Notes: generated by a model not told the origin, from the letters alone. A DNA stretch of 64,000 nt from Ascidiella aspersa (GCA_963924565.1 OZ004610.1:17174001-17238000), one strand, 5' to 3'; shown: positions 37,496-52,117, counted from the stretch's first letter. A program made the numbers and translations.

Positions 37496-40400
37496 ATGGC
37501 AGGGAAGATGTTTAGGTTTCGGCTGTAAGTATTGACATACTTGTGTCTGTCGTTTCAAAGCAGAATGTACTCCCTTGGCGGAAACTGTTTCGCTGATTTA
37601 ACAGTGCCCCTTTGTCGCGTAACGCGAGACAGTCTGCCGGTTTAGTTTTAACCATATCCTTTTTGGGAAATATTGCTACCGCTAGGTTGGAGTACAGAGC
37701 TAAAACCAATTTTGCGATGACGTCATATTTTGTTTGCAATTTGTACCCTCAGCTTAAGGCCCCTAGGTAAATAGACTTCTAAACCCTTAAAGGCTCATCT
37801 ACATATACACCCCCATCTTGTATGGTCGTTTGAAGTCTCTCCAAATTATAGTTTTCCTGTAAAACTCTGGACAAAAAAACGTCTGAAACAAACCAAAAAA
37901 ACCATAAAAGTATTCGAGCAAAAACAAGATATGTCCCGAAAATAAATTTTCGGCCCATATAATTTGAGCAAAAACAAGATGTGTCCCGAAAATAAATTTT
38001 CGGCCCATATAATTAAGGATGCACGTTGTAAAAAGGTGGAATTGAGCGCTTGACTACCATTTAGTGACTGTGTGCTAACTTAAAAAATATGCAAATTGAA
38101 CTATTTTCTGGTAGGTGTTTATGATCTACTCCGGTTTGCATGTTGATGGTTGTTATTCATGTCACTCAAAATGCATTTTCTGCACTCTGACTTGAAGTTT
38201 TTTCCAGAGAACCTTGGCTAAGTTAGTGAAAAACAAAAACAACATTTTAAGCTATGAATTCTGTCACTAAGGATTTTAGAAAGGGGTAAATAATAAAAAA
38301 TACGTAAATAATTAAAAAATGACCGGAGTTCGGTGTATAAAAAATTTATATGTCAGCTGTTTTTAAGGACCATGTATCACAGCTGTGGGTTGTTTTCAAT
38401 GTGTTGTTTTTTCAGAAAATTTAAATTGAACGATATCAAAAATGTGATGTGCTAGAGAAAAACTAAAGATATATTCAAAATGAACGCGAAAAATACATCT
38501 AAGATAAATACTTAACTCCTTGTTTAGAAAAAAATGAAATGTTGTTGACAGTGTTATCTAGATGTGTAATGGCACCAACTGCACAATATTATATGCAATT
38601 TAGCATATTTATTATGTTTGACAAACATTTCACTTGAGAAAATGTATTTTATTAATGTATAAAATATCCTATTTTTTATGATTTATTAAGGTTCCATCAA
38701 TCGTGTTCATACTTCAACTTCTGCACCAAATATTAAACCTATTGCATCTTTCACTCAAAACACGCCACTTCAAGGAGACTGTTCTTTGCAAGAGCAGCAT
38801 TGGTCAAAAAATGACAAATCATCATTTAATCAACATGCTACAATGGACGATTGGGAGAAATCATTTGCAGAACCAGGTTAATGATATATATTTTTTTATT
38901 AATGATATTTTTTGTATTGGTTTACAGGGTTGTCACCAATTTTTAAGAGTATTTGTCTGTGAATTGAATTGGCCTTTCAAGTTAAAAAAAAACTCTATTA
39001 ATAGCTACTAAACTTTTGTTTAAATAGTGAAAAATGTCATATGCTAATGTTTGCTGGAAAGTATACACTGAAAAATATTGAAATACCTGTGTTTAAGTAT
39101 TATTGTGCTGTCAGTCTCTTAAATTCCATAACTAATTTGTTTTGTCTTCTTAAACCTGTTGTTTTATCCGTCAGTGATTGTTGGTTTGGGCATGACTAGG
39201 AGTTCTAGCTTGTCTCTTTTAAGATAATATCAACCAAAATGGGAATGTAGAAACCAAAATGGGAATGTAGAATCATCAATTAGTTTTTTGCAAAATTGTA
39301 GGGATACATTTTAGAGAGGAAAAGATGCCAGGAAAGCTTTAACAGGGGCAGATCCAGAGGAAGCAATAAGTCTGTGACGTTTGTATAGGGGCCGAATTCA
39401 AATATGGTATGTTTAACCTCTTCTTTGAAGTTAACTATTAAACTGGTTCATTTTAAGTTTAATGCAGGGGTGACAAACACTTTAAAATCTGGACACATTT
39501 TTTGGTAATTTAGTCTTTAGGAAGAATGAATGCAAGAACTCCAAAACTATAAGTTTGTTGTATAGTAAAATAATGAAATAAAAGGTAACTATGGTAAACT
39601 GGGCAACAGTCTTCTTATCCGAGGGCGGGAAAGGGGATAAAAAGAGGGACAAAAGAAAGAAGAGGTCAAGAGGTGACAAAAAAATGTGCACCACTAGGTG
39701 ACATTCAAGCGTTCATTGCTACACAAGGTTTAAAGGCTATCCTTTGCGTCATTAATTATTCAACATTTAAGTTATTTGCTTTGTTGCATTCTATTTGAGA
39801 AGTAAATGTTCTTTAAACTGTCAAAAATATCAACTTTTACAGTCAAAAAAAGGGGGCAAGGAGGGAAATACATGGTGGCAAGGTATTATTGGCTGTCATA
39901 TCTAAAACCAAGCGCATAGTCGCATAGTCACCTTTCAATGTCAGGTTGTGCAATTTGCAGCATTCGCTTTTAAGGCTCGCACCCCACATCTTACAAGGCA
40001 TCCACAAAAAAATCTCCCTAAAAGTACCACAAAAAAAGTCTCCTTAAAAAGTTGCTGGATTTGGCTTTGCAGGATCTGTACGCTTTGGTGCGGGTGTTGG
40101 AAAGTTCCATGTGGAAAGTTCATTTGAAAGGACAAATAAGAGTCAGGAAGTAGCAGTGTTTACAGCAGCAAGCGGTTATCCATTTTTACAAGCTTGTTGC
40201 CTTGCTCTACAGGGGAACACAGCATGAAGTCAGTTGTTCCGCGACTCTTTTTTAGCTGCTCACTTTAAACAATACCCAAAAAAAAATTAAGTCTCAGCGT
40301 TTTCTCGAAATAGGAAATGGGATAATTACATATCAACACTAATAAGGACACAGCAAATACTGTTCAATATTAGTTTAAATTGAAGACACCACTGTCTGAA

Positions 40401-43400
40401 GCAGAAATGAAATTTGAGCTTAACCTTATGCGATAAACCAGGCCTGCTGGTTCGCGTATACCAAATGTTGGTCTCATGAAGTTGTGTATAACATTGAACC
40501 AAGATTTGGTATAACATTGAACCAAAGTTGGATAAAATAATTATCTGAAAAAAATTTCAAAAGGATATGCTTAATTACTCACAAATATTTTTTTTCTGCT
40601 TCCAAAAGTTCTTTTAACTGTTTTTATGTTATGTACAATAATGTTCAACTGAGCAAAATTTGTTTTTACCATTTCAAAGGTTTTACAATAAGTGATATGT
40701 TTGTTCAATAATATATTGTCAGTAAACATGACTTTATTTATGTAAATTAAATACAGCCACATGTCAAACTAAAATTTTAGAAATAATGATATAACATTCT
40801 TATATTTTGTTTTTAGTTTCGGGGGATAACACTCAACGAGACAAAATACGTTACAACAAAAAACAACCAAAGTATTTAGAGAAGATCAATCAATCCTTTT
40901 CTTTTTTGTACAACTATGTGGAAGCATGTATTCAAGCTGACCTTATTACTGAAGCAACATGCATAATTGAAAAATGTTTGGAAGATTTTGCCCCCTCCAT
41001 AAATGAAAAAGTTAGTAAAACTACTGTAAAAAAAACAAAAAAAACAGAAAGCTTATTGTTTGTTGTGTGCATTGAAAGTGGCTTATAAGTCAATACTATC
41101 TAGGTAATTTTTATTATTGAGCTATCTTAAACTTTACATGATGAATTGTATTGAGAAGACTGCTCAACAACTTCTACTTTCTATCAAATCCACTTCTACT
41201 AATATATTAGTTTCATTTTGGGCTGTTATATTTTCCGATATTACCTATAAAATATTTAATGACTTTTTCTTAAAAACAAATAAATAAGCCAATTTTTCAA
41301 ATCGTAAATTTGACGTTTGCTATTATAATTGTGGCTGACTTATCCGGCATAGTGTTTGGTTTATAGTCTATGTTAATGTGCAAAACAAGGGTTGTATGTT
41401 TAAATAGGTAGATAAACTGATGTAATTTCAATTTTAAGTTCAATTAATACTGTATCCCAGGTATATAAAAAATTGATATTGATATCAGGTAAACTGGCGA
41501 ATTCTAAGAAATTGTCAAACACAAAAAAATAGGGGATAGGACAAATTTTGTGCACATGTAACTTGAATTAAGTAATATCATGGTCCCATTTTGTTCAAGC
41601 ATTCGCCCTAAACAACAACTTTTGACACTTTTTTTGTTCATAAGTAACTTGAAAAATAATAATTTGGAAACTTTTTTTTCGTACTTAGCTTACAAAAATA
41701 ATTTGGAAACTGTTTGGCTCGTCATTAGCTAAAAAAAACTCTAAATGTACATCTTGAATGAACCCTAAGCAGGACACTAATTGGCAGTTTGCTTACATTG
41801 TTGCTGTTTTTTAAACTAAGACACTAAAAATGATGGAACTTTAACCTTGCTTTGAGTGTTGCTATGAAAACATGTTATTTCCAAAAATACTACTGGATTT
41901 TTTTTTCAATTAAATATTGTGTTTTTTAAAAAAGGACTTATTGTTTCACCAAATTTCTGTTGGTCACCCAGATTAACATGAAACAAAAGTTTAATGTACT
42001 CATATTTTACTTTTAGACAATTGAATTATATTTCCGTGGTATTGTTGATCTCTCTGAAAACACTCAACATAAACCTGTTTTGGAGATTCAAAACGTAATG
42101 CAAAAAATAATGCATTCCAAAGTAAAGCTCACCAGTATCTCTTATGGATGCATGATTGCAGCTTTACACAAGTATGTTAATAGGACAGCCAAAGTACAAT
42201 TAAAACCTCAAGTTTTGGTTTTATTTTTAATTGTCATATCATGCAGAAATAAAAAAAAATTGTGTTTTTTTAGGATGGAAATTTAATTTGGTGATAATTA
42301 GGGCAATTATTTTTTGATTAAAAAAAATTAAAATTTTGCCAAAATTCACATGTTCGGTCAAAATTTAAAAACTTGGGTCCCAAATTTTAATTTTTTATAA
42401 CTACATTTTGATTTACAATAAACGACAACCTTAAGCAATTTTTTTATACTTTTTCTTTTTCTTTTATTAGATTTAAAGAGGATAATCAATCATTGAGGGT
42501 GATTTACAATGACTTTAAATCGCAATTTCCAATTGATATATGCATGTCTTATTTTAAAGGTGATGAAAAAATATTTAACCTTCTGAAAGAGATTAGGCAT
42601 ATATATGAAGACAATGAGGATAGACTTGGAAGAATTGACTTGCTGTCAAAAAATGATTGCACTGCCTCTGTCACAAACAGATTGTTTGGTGAAACAAAAC
42701 AATCTAATGCTGCTATGCCCCAAATTCTTACAGAGAAAACTTTAGAACATGCATTTCAAGAACAAATTACTCAGGATCTTTTAGGGTCTGTGAAAGTGCC
42801 CAATATCCTTGCACCTATAAGTGGTGTAACTGCTGGTGAACAGGGCAAACAGGAGACCATTGAAAAGTTAAAAAAATCTTGGTTTCCAACTTTAATAAAA
42901 GCTTTTCGGGCCAAAAAAGATGAAGAAGAAGTTCTTTGGTTAAGTAACCGAAGAGGTACTTACCCATTTTTATGCATTTTACCTGATGATGTTTATGTTC
43001 ATGTAATTATTGACCACTTGCTGACAATACCAAAATCTGGAGAAAGAACTTCTATGACAATCCGTAAACTAGGACAAGCTGTGTACACAAAATATTTTGT
43101 TCAGAATCTTCTTGAAACTGAAACTGATGTGAGGCTGCACAAACTGTACTCTGAATATATAAATATTTACTTAAAAGACACATCTAAATCACCCCGTGTT
43201 TTATGGAATGAATTAGAAGACAAAATGGGAAAATGGAAAGCTAGGCCAAGTATTTTACCCTGGCATGGTTTGTGGTGCTTTATGATTGGTATTCGATTGC
43301 TAGAAATTTTAATTTCTTCAACTACATTTTCAATTGGCAGAATTAACTCTGTTCCTTCTGCTTTTATTTCAAGTATACCGGTGGTTTATAACACATATAC

Positions 43401-46400
43401 AATCTGGGGAAAAAGAATGTGTGGCATTACGATTCCGCATCCTCTTTTTGTGCAGCTTGTTAATGAAACATCTCAAAGTTTCAGGTTTGAAACATCGATT
43501 TTGCCAATGGTTGCCCCCCCTATTCCTTGGATAAGCACTCTGCAAGGAGGCTGCTTATTGTCTCCAAATGATTTTGTCAGAACTGAAGAGCTTGATCGCA
43601 CTGATCCTTCCAGCACACATCTTGATGCATACCAAATTTCACCTGTTTTTGATGCTCTTAATGTTATTAGTTCTGTGGCGTGGAAAATTAACAAAAATAT
43701 TTTGGACCTGCAGTTAAAAGTTTTCCTTGCCAAAGGGGATGAATCTTTGGAAATCCCCCCACCTGCTGAGGAATGTCCCTCACCCCCAAGTTTGGCTGGG
43801 ATTAAAGATTTGTCGCCAGATGAGCGTAAAGTCAAATTTCAGGAAATTTACTACGCAAAAAAGAAATCTGCAGAAATGCATTCTTTGCACTGTGATGCTC
43901 TCTACAAACTGTCAATTGCAAACTACTACAGAGATAAAATAATTTGGTTTCCACACAATTTAGACTTTCGGGGACGTGTTTATCCAATTTCAAAACATTT
44001 AAATTACATGGGTAAGTGTTTAATTTAAAGAAATACTTTTAAACCCTTTTATGGTTATAACTTAACATTAGAACTTTACTTGAAAAAATGTGTGTTAATA
44101 GGTGCAGATTCAAATCGTGCTCTATTTCGGTTTGCTGATGGTCGTGAATTGGGTGATCGTGGATTGGAATGGTTAAAAATCCATTTAATTAATTTAACTG
44201 GCTTCAAAAAGCACGAAAGTAATCAAGTTAGACTTCAATATGCAGATGAAGTAAGGAGTAGTTGTGTACATTATCTTATTTTAACAAGCGTCAACAAGAC
44301 CTTTTTTATCAGAATTCATCCACCTCTTCCCATTTTCCAAGATTATTTTAATAACAACACTATTTTAATTTTTTTCTCAGTGCTTATATCTTATTAGACA
44401 GGTTTAAGCCCTATGATACCTGTCATAACACCAAATGGTACATGTAATTAGTTTCAATGTGAAGTTGTTGTACTAACAGAATGTGGCAAGCATTGGCATC
44501 ATAGTTGTATCTCAACTTGCGCCCCCTTAAGCCTGTGTTAGTAGCGCGACGACCCTTATGACTATGTTATAATGTATAATAAAATATTAATAACATTGGA
44601 AATTCTTTTAATGTCCTATTGCTGAATATGTTTACCTTTTTTTAACTTATTTTTAAAATTTAATCATGCTTTAACCCAGTGGTAGGCAAACCTTGTTTGT
44701 CGTGGCCCAAACTATTCTTTTCAGAGCTATTAAAGGCCTACTACACAAAACCACTACGAAAACAGTTGCGGATTTTTTGTTTTAAGTTGGAGGCATTATA
44801 ATGTCAAAGTTACGTTATAAAATAATGGTTCTTAAAACCCATATTTGGCACATGGGCCTGAACCATGCTGAGAGCCGCGCCCCACAGTTTGCCGACCACT
44901 GCCCTAAACCAGTTGTACAGATTCTACAAAAGCGTGCGGATTTTTCAAATAACATTCTTTTTATGTGAAGGTTTTATTTCTTGTAAAGCACTGAAATATA
45001 TTTCGATCAATATCAAAACTTACCACTTTAATAAACTTTTGGTTTGTTTAAAATATTTGTTTTAATTTTTTTTTACTTTGGGTAATTTTAACAAGCAACT
45101 AACAAACAGGCTCGTTTGTTTTAATGTGGAATTTATTTCTATCAGATGCTTGAAGAAATTTTTGATTCAGCTGACAACCCACTTACTGGAAGAGGCTGGT
45201 GGAAAACTTCTGATGAGCCTTGGCAAACATTGGCAACATGCATTGAGTTGACCAATGCACTTCGGTCGTCGGAACCTACCAAGTTTATCAGTTATCTGCC
45301 TATACACCAGGATGGCTCATGCAACGGCTTGCAGCATTATGCTGCCCTTGGCAGAGACTCTATTGGGTCTAAACAGGTACACAAATCTTATTGACAGTTT
45401 ACCTTTGTAGAACAACTTAAAAAATACGGTAAATTAAAAAACTAAAAAATAAGGCTTGTTTAATATATCTACGTTTTCCAATATATAAACTTTATTTCCT
45501 TAAATATTTATTTCAAACGAATGACTGGTGTAATAATAAATCAATTACAAGAGAAAAAACTGTGACCTGTTTTAGCTACATTAATAAAAGTGCTGATTCG
45601 GGACAATAATCAATCTAACTTTATGTCATTTTAAACAAGAAAGACGAAATCGAGCGAGGTCTAATTTTTAATCAAGCCACAAGCCACAGCAGATTTAATG
45701 CTCACTACACTTTTTATTTTTGGTCACGTTCGTATTTTTAGTTCTATGCTATGTTTTTTTAATTTTGTGGTGATTAAAAATGTGTTGCCTTCATTGTAAA
45801 ACAGGCTCTGTTTTCCCTAAACAAAATGTCGCTAATTGTGTGTTGTGTCTAAAAGTGGCGTGGATGGATTGACCCCATACTTCCTCTTGTAAATAAGGAA
45901 ATGTGGAACAAATTTGATGTTATTTCTTTATAAATGGTTGAAAATGGATGTTAAATTCAAAGTAAACACTTACACGATTCGTCTAGAAGCTTTATTTGAC
46001 CTGTACAATGTTCAAAATAAATTATATAATACCATTTTTATCGTAAATTTCATATTTTGTGGCGAGTGGCGGTCAAGCCTGTGATTGCTGATATTAAGAA
46101 CTTGAAAATTATATACTTTCAAAACTCTACGCTTATCTACGTACATTTCAACGTTCTACAGAACCAGTTATTCACACATATGCAATAAAAGCTCACTTAG
46201 GATGAAGTTTGCCGCCCCTGTCTGGTTAAAGATTTTATTTTAACTCTTGGTTGATTCCTGCTATTTGCCTACTGCGCTTGCGCGGTCTCCGCCATTTGTC
46301 TTGTAACCACAAAACAAAAAAAACTGTTCAAAATAGATAATAGATATTAGACTTTAGATTAAGTTTTTAACAAAATTTGTTAAGGTTAACCTTTCGCCCT

Positions 46401-49118
46401 CTGCTGCGCCACAAGACGTTTATGCCACAGTAGCAAAGGACGTTGAAAGGAAAAGAGTTAAAGATGCAAAGAATGGCCTTCAAATTGCGAAAGACTTGGA
46501 GGGATTGATTAATCGCAAGTTGGTCAAACAAACAGTAATGACTACTGTGTACGGTGTTACAAGGTAAAACCATAATGTACAATATAGGTTGGCCGTTCTC
46601 AACCATTTTTATGCCTTAGACCCCTAGCAGTAATGTAAAACTAAATTCCCCATAGAAACTTACTTAAACCATCGATTTTACATTTGTACAGAGAACACAA
46701 TCTTTACAAATTGACAACCGTCCATACCCCCTATGGCCTATTAGTATCCAATTATAGTAACGTACTTTGCTAATGAATAGTTTAGTGAAAACAATTTACT
46801 TATACGCGGGTAAACGAACAGTACACCAAGCGTAATATAACGCAATATTAGGGCCTGCTATATCTTAATCGACATGTCTTTAAACAGGGTAAATATATTG
46901 CTTCACCAGTAATACATAACTGCCCTGTTTTTTGGAAACAGACTTGGTTCATTACTTGAACCAGTGGTTACATACGCTTTGTGCTGACTGCGTAAAAGTT
47001 CGCTACAGTTCAGTTAAAATGTGCGTTTATTTGGAAACTTTAATTTACAAGTAGACGTAACGCGTTGAATAAAATGAAGCACGTTGCCCGATACTAGATT
47101 TATTAAAATTAATTTCGTAAAACTTTTAGACAAAGGTCTAAAATTTTCAACTTGTAAATGTTATGTTACACTTATTAAATGACGTTTCCTGTTGCAAGTT
47201 TTAAGTTTAATTAACTATTTTTCATAAAATTTAAAATTTTTCACTTAAATATTACAAAAAAATTGCATACATTTTTTGCCTTTCCAGGTATGGGGCGAGT
47301 CAACAGATCCGCAAGCAAATTGAGGATATTCCAGTACAAACACAACTTACAGCATCTCTTTATCTCGTGAATGTCTTATTTGACAGTCTCTCTTCCATGT
47401 TTACCAGTGCAACTTGCATACAGGTTTTAGTACTTACATTATTTTTAATAGGTAAATTAAAATGTATTTTTACATGGGAAAATAAATGTCCCCAAAAAAC
47501 AATTTCACTTTATATTTAATTTATTACTGTTTAATCCTTGAGTTTTGCGCCATATATTAAGATAGAAAGCGTGTTGGGGCATGCGTTTCGATATATTAAA
47601 CTCGTTTTCAGGCCACACCACGCGTCTAATAAAATCCTTTTCTTATTTTGAATTGTTAATGTATGTAATTTTCTTATTTTGTTATAACCCTAACATTACA
47701 ACCAACTAACTTTGAGATCTTAAACTTTCCAAAAGGCCGTCGGCGTAATCCTTTACGGACGTTAAACAGGTATATTGACATACGACTTGTATACAGAGAT
47801 GGCTCACCGCCCTATCCGACTGCCTAACTAATGGAAATCACTCTATGGAGTGGATCACCCCACTCGGCATCCACGTGAAGCAGCCCTACTATGTTAACGA
47901 CAGCTACCGACTGGTTTCTAGCGTTCAAAAAGTCAACTATGCAGAACCGACTCGCACGCCCAACGTGATGAAGCAGCGTAACGCGTTTGCGCCCAACTTT
48001 GTTCACTCGCTCGATTCGACCCACATGATGCTAACCGCACTCCACTGTTACAGGTGACTGTTCCTCCCCAAAGCTGTTTTATTGATCTTAGAGTAGTACC
48101 TCTGTCTGACCTAAAAACAGTTTCCCGTTTGAGGATAAATCCCTGCTCGTTTTTTACCGGCTTTAATACAATCACTGGGGTACATCTAAAATATACAGGA
48201 TCGCAAGGATCGTCAGTGCTGTAATGCCAACCATAACCGATAACCCCATCTCTAACCCTTACAACAACTTTAACCCCAAGCGAAATTGATCCTCGCGATT
48301 TTATAGGTCCTTGTGGTACTCACGCAACAGCGTTGCAACAAAGTCTTTGACAGCGTTGCAAGTTTATAAATTGATTTGTTGATTGAAAAGTATGAAAAGC
48401 CCTATGGTTTTTAATTTTTTTTGAATTTATTATGTATGCTGCCTAAGGTTATATGTTACGCTACGAATTTCCTTTAAAAAGTCTTTTTTATATAGAATTC
48501 CACTTTTTGTTTGTTTAGGCATAGTAATGCAGTCATTTAATATCGTATCGCGGTACTTTTTGTTTAGAATATCTGTATGTGGCTGGTTATTAGACTATTT
48601 TGAGAAAAAGCCATATATCGCAAAGACTGAAATGCCGATTTAAATTAGGCCATCGCTTTTATCCGATAATCAGTACAATAAGCCTAAACATTACATGTGA
48701 CACACGATTAAAACGAAATAGTTGTCATTCAAAAATGTATTCCATAAAAAGTCGTGGTTTTGTGGCAAACACCATTGGGTTTCCTTTAATTGTGTTTTTT
48801 TTTTTTGTGAACTTCTTCAGCGCCGGTGTGAAGTTCAGCTCTGTTCACGACTGCTACTGGACCCATGCATGTAACATCGATCGCATGAACGTGATCTGTC
48901 GTGAGCAATTTGTTTCATTACACTCGCAACCCATTCTGCAAAGACTCGCCGAACATTTAAGCAATTTCCTTCCACCCAAAGGCCATGACGTTATAGACGA
49001 CAAACGTTACATCGCACCAAGCCAGCGAGGCAACCTCGTAAAGCTCCTTGACAGCATTCCCAAACACGGGGATTTCGATATTAAGGAGGTTAATAAGTCG
49101 GTGTACTTTTTCAGTTGA
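37496..49118 (+). CDS. POLRMT: mitochondrial DNA-directed RNA polymerase (T7-like); 5' exons uncertain
   Basis: Phase-consistent exons 38691-38876, 40817-41010, 42017-42171, 42471-44011, 44102-44250, 45146-45376, 46385-46563, 47288-47423, 47797-48053, 48821-49118. Motifs: [30 protein letters not shown] (A), [14 protein letters not shown] (B), [19 protein letters not shown] (C), terminal YFFS. Putative start [10 protein letters not shown] at 37496. Confidence 0.95.
37916..38013. repeat. 49-bp tandem duplication
   Basis: gagcaaaaacaagat(a/g)tgtcccgaaaataaattttcggcccatataatt present twice. Confidence 0.85.
44678..44901. mobile_element. hAT-type MITE
   Basis: Ends cagtggtaggcaaac / gtttgccgaccactg in a POLRMT intron. 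Confidence 0.65.
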
Positions 49119-49329
49119 CAATCTTGTTCTTTTACGTTTCGTCTCGATTTTTATACGTTATGTGCGAATAAAAATAAAACCGCTTTTTGCTACTTGGTTG
49201 CCTCTGGTACAAATTAGGCTGATCAACAATAGGTCAGACCCATTTAAAAGATGTGTCACGAACCAAACCTGAAATATTAAATTTAAGTATTATTAGGGCA
49301 TGCCTATTTGGTAAAAAATTGGTTTTAAA

Positions 49330-50400
49330 TTAACATGTTCTTACACGAATGTCGGCAAGGATAATTACCTGTAAACAGGTTCTACAAAATGAACACCAGA
49401 ATTTGATGCGGTTTGGAAAGTTTGTCCACTTTGAAGACTTGGGTAGAGCTGCGAAGAAACCCTGAAGTAATAGCGATAAATGGTCAAAGGCTACACAAGT
49501 AATGTGATATTGTGAACTCAAAACTAACGTTGGCTCGCTTTTTAATATTACAACGAAAATGAGTCCATGAAAGTATTGGGTTATTTGTTAACGTTGGATC
49601 GATAGTGTTGCTTCGGATGTGTCTTTAAAAATAAGTAACTTCTTATGTTGGTGTCTGTTTTTTCTAGTTTTAATCATATTGGCTTGATGTACTTTTTTAT
49701 GGCGTTGTTCAACTTTCGACCTTGTTCGTCGGTTCCTTCATTTTGTTATGGTGAAGTGTTTGGAAAGTGGCTTTCGTGTAGTGTTTTCTTGCTGTTCTTG
49801 GTTAATTTAATTCCTTATGTTTGTTGCGAATTTTCTTTTTTTTAAGGTAGTCAGTGTCGCTGTAGCTGGGCTTTCCAGTTTTTACTCTTATCCTTGTGTA
49901 GGTAATTTTAGTTCCAGCGTAGGATCTTTCCAGTGCCTGAAGAAATTGTTTACGGTTTGGTGTTTGGGTGTGAGAAAAAATTACTGGTGGGTGTATCGTT
50001 TCTTAAGTTGTTTGAGTTTTGAAACTTATACGTTGTTTTTTATTTGAATTAGCTTGCAACGTTGTGAGGGAATTGTGTTGCCTAGATTAGGTAATTAACA
50101 TTCTCAGCAGTTTGTGTTGTTTTCTTGCTCCCATGATTGTCTCAATATCGTAACTTTCTTTTGTATTCTCGTACGATGCAATTGTTCAAAGGTGTTTCTA
50201 ACAGTTAGTTACTTAACATGGTTAATATCTCTATTTGTTTGATTCTTACTAGTTGTATGTTTTTGATTTTATTCGTATTTCTTCCGTTCACATTGGGCTG
50301 GATGGAAAATTATTAGTGTCCATAACGGATGCTGTTCTTCTCAGCGGATTTTTTAACCCTTTGTTCAACCATAACTTTTCGTTTAGTTCTTTAGTTTAGT
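49330..50400 (-). mobile_element. highly decayed LINE RT relic
   Basis: A-rich minus strand with collinear remnants resembling RT motifs (RSNTIDPTL, VAFDHL, KVDKLSKP); many stops and frameshifts. Confidence 0.3.
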
Positions 50401-51481
50401 AAATAGTGCGATTAGCTTCTGCAGCCTTGAATTACGTTTGACTCGTATCCACCCATCCAAAGATCTTCAAATGATTTATTTCAACTAGCAAAAATCGCGC
50501 TTCGGATAAACTTAATCAGCTACGACATCGCCTTTGCGCGAAGACGCCATGATCCGCAATGATATGGAGATATGAGGTTGTTTTACGGATAAAACTTGAT
50601 TGCCATAGACTTTGGGCAGTATGGTCGATTTTAAAAAAAAAATGCAAACATCAGCACTGGATGGCGCTATACTGTGATGAAATTGCCGAGGGATATATGA
50701 ACTGAACTATGGCGATACAATCAAGTCCAATTAACTAAGTCAAGAATTACAATCAAAGAGGCCTGGCGAAAACAAATTAAGTACAAAAAAAAAACTATTG
50801 GCAATTATTTATATATTTGGCTGGACACCACTGAGCTAGGACAGTGTCTAAAAGCAGTTATGCTACACCGGTTGGGAGTTTTAAGTTAACTTTAGGGAGT
50901 TAGTGGACAAGTAAAGGGCAAAAGGTACGGCATAAATAGGATAAACAACTATGCACCCTTCGCAGCTCGTATCACAAGTAAAACTTACCCTACGTTTGCA
51001 GAGATATCGAACGTTCGCTCACAAATGTACTTGGGATCTTGATAACGAGAATTCAAGAACGTCTGTTGGTCTACATACATTTAAGATGTCCTTTATACAG
51101 AATTTACTTTGTGCAAATCACATAACCTATTTTTTTACAGAGTGCATTTTCTTTATTATCTATGGTTCAAAATTTTCATCCGCTAACCATGCATTTTTGA
51201 ACGATTTTATATACGGTACTTTTTTTCTTAACAAAACATTTTCAGTCGTCTTGCGAAACTAATTTTGGCTAGCCAAAAAAAAAGAAATTAAACGCAGTTT
51301 AAAGAAAAGTAACTTTAGTTTAGAAATATGACATAAACGTAATGTAAAAAAATAATTTAATAACTCAAGAAAAACGTCTCTAAAATACTGCTAGCTAACA
51401 AGAAGTGTTGGTAAAGAAAATAAAAGCCTTTGAAAAAAAATGGCTTTATTTCTGAAACGGTAACCCTGCTACCTTTATAAA

Positions 51482-51585
51482 TATAACTGAAGATTTGGGG
51501 CTACATTAATATTTAGTAAGAGCTTTTAGGACGGTGGAAAAGAGTCCAAAAAAATATTAATGTAGCCCCGAATATTTCAGTTATA
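51482..51585. repeat. short foldback / mini-MITE
   Basis: tataactgaa.attt.ggggctacattaatattt and aaatattaatgtagccccgaatatttcagttata form ~32-bp inverted arms. Confidence 0.75.
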
Positions 51586-51835
51586 ATGAAATGTTGTCAT
51601 TGTTTACATGTTCTTAATTATCTAACGTTCTAATTTTTCTAGATACAAAGCTAGTGTAAGATATGCCTTTATCGAAAAACCTCGAAATTTTTTAGGTGTA
51701 CCTCTATTTCTCTTAAATTGCTTGCAATTTTTTACTATAGGCTTTATAGTTGCATATCTTAAAAAAGACTCCAGCCTTGAGACCAAAATAAGAACAACAT
51801 CAACTTCGGAATAAAAGACAGTTAGGAATAAGGCG

Positions 51836-52117
51836 TACATAAGACTAAAACCTATAATAATCGTAATAATGACGAAATCGGAATCAGACCTAAATGGTCA
51901 AAATAAGGCCTATATAACCTTTTATCTAACCCCAAACACCATTCATAACTATCACTAATTCCTCGAATATTTTCAACCCTAACCCAATTCCTAGCACCAC
52001 CAACTACCCGACCATAACCCCAAACGGCGGCAAAAAATCCGGGGCCAAAACAGTGGCGCCCAAATGCCAACAGCAAACGGCCAATGCCAAACAGGTGCCC
52101 CCAATCATTCCATACCC
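51836..52117. repeat. interspersed repeat, homologous to 60162-60485
   Basis: Shared blocks taagactaaaa, agacctaaat.g.ca.aataaggc, tttatc.aaccccaa, ccctaaccca, aaaacagtgg and tgccccc in the same order. Confidence 0.6.

Noticed and set aside
39302-39380. Extra POLRMT exon
   Set aside because: In-frame stop in the required phase; flanking exons already join in phase without it.
47575-47615. Fifth hammerhead-like motif (minus strand cugaaaa..gaaacgcaugcc)
   Set aside because: Core box and cleavage triplet both deviate, and stem II is only 2-3 bp.
42493-49118. Phage T7-like RNA polymerase as a viral or horizontal insertion
   Set aside because: Spliceosomal introns and an N-terminal extension identify it as ordinary nuclear-encoded POLRMT.
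51960-52025. Telomeric (CCCTAA) repeats
   Set aside because: Only isolated ccctaacc words within an interspersed repeat family, not an array.
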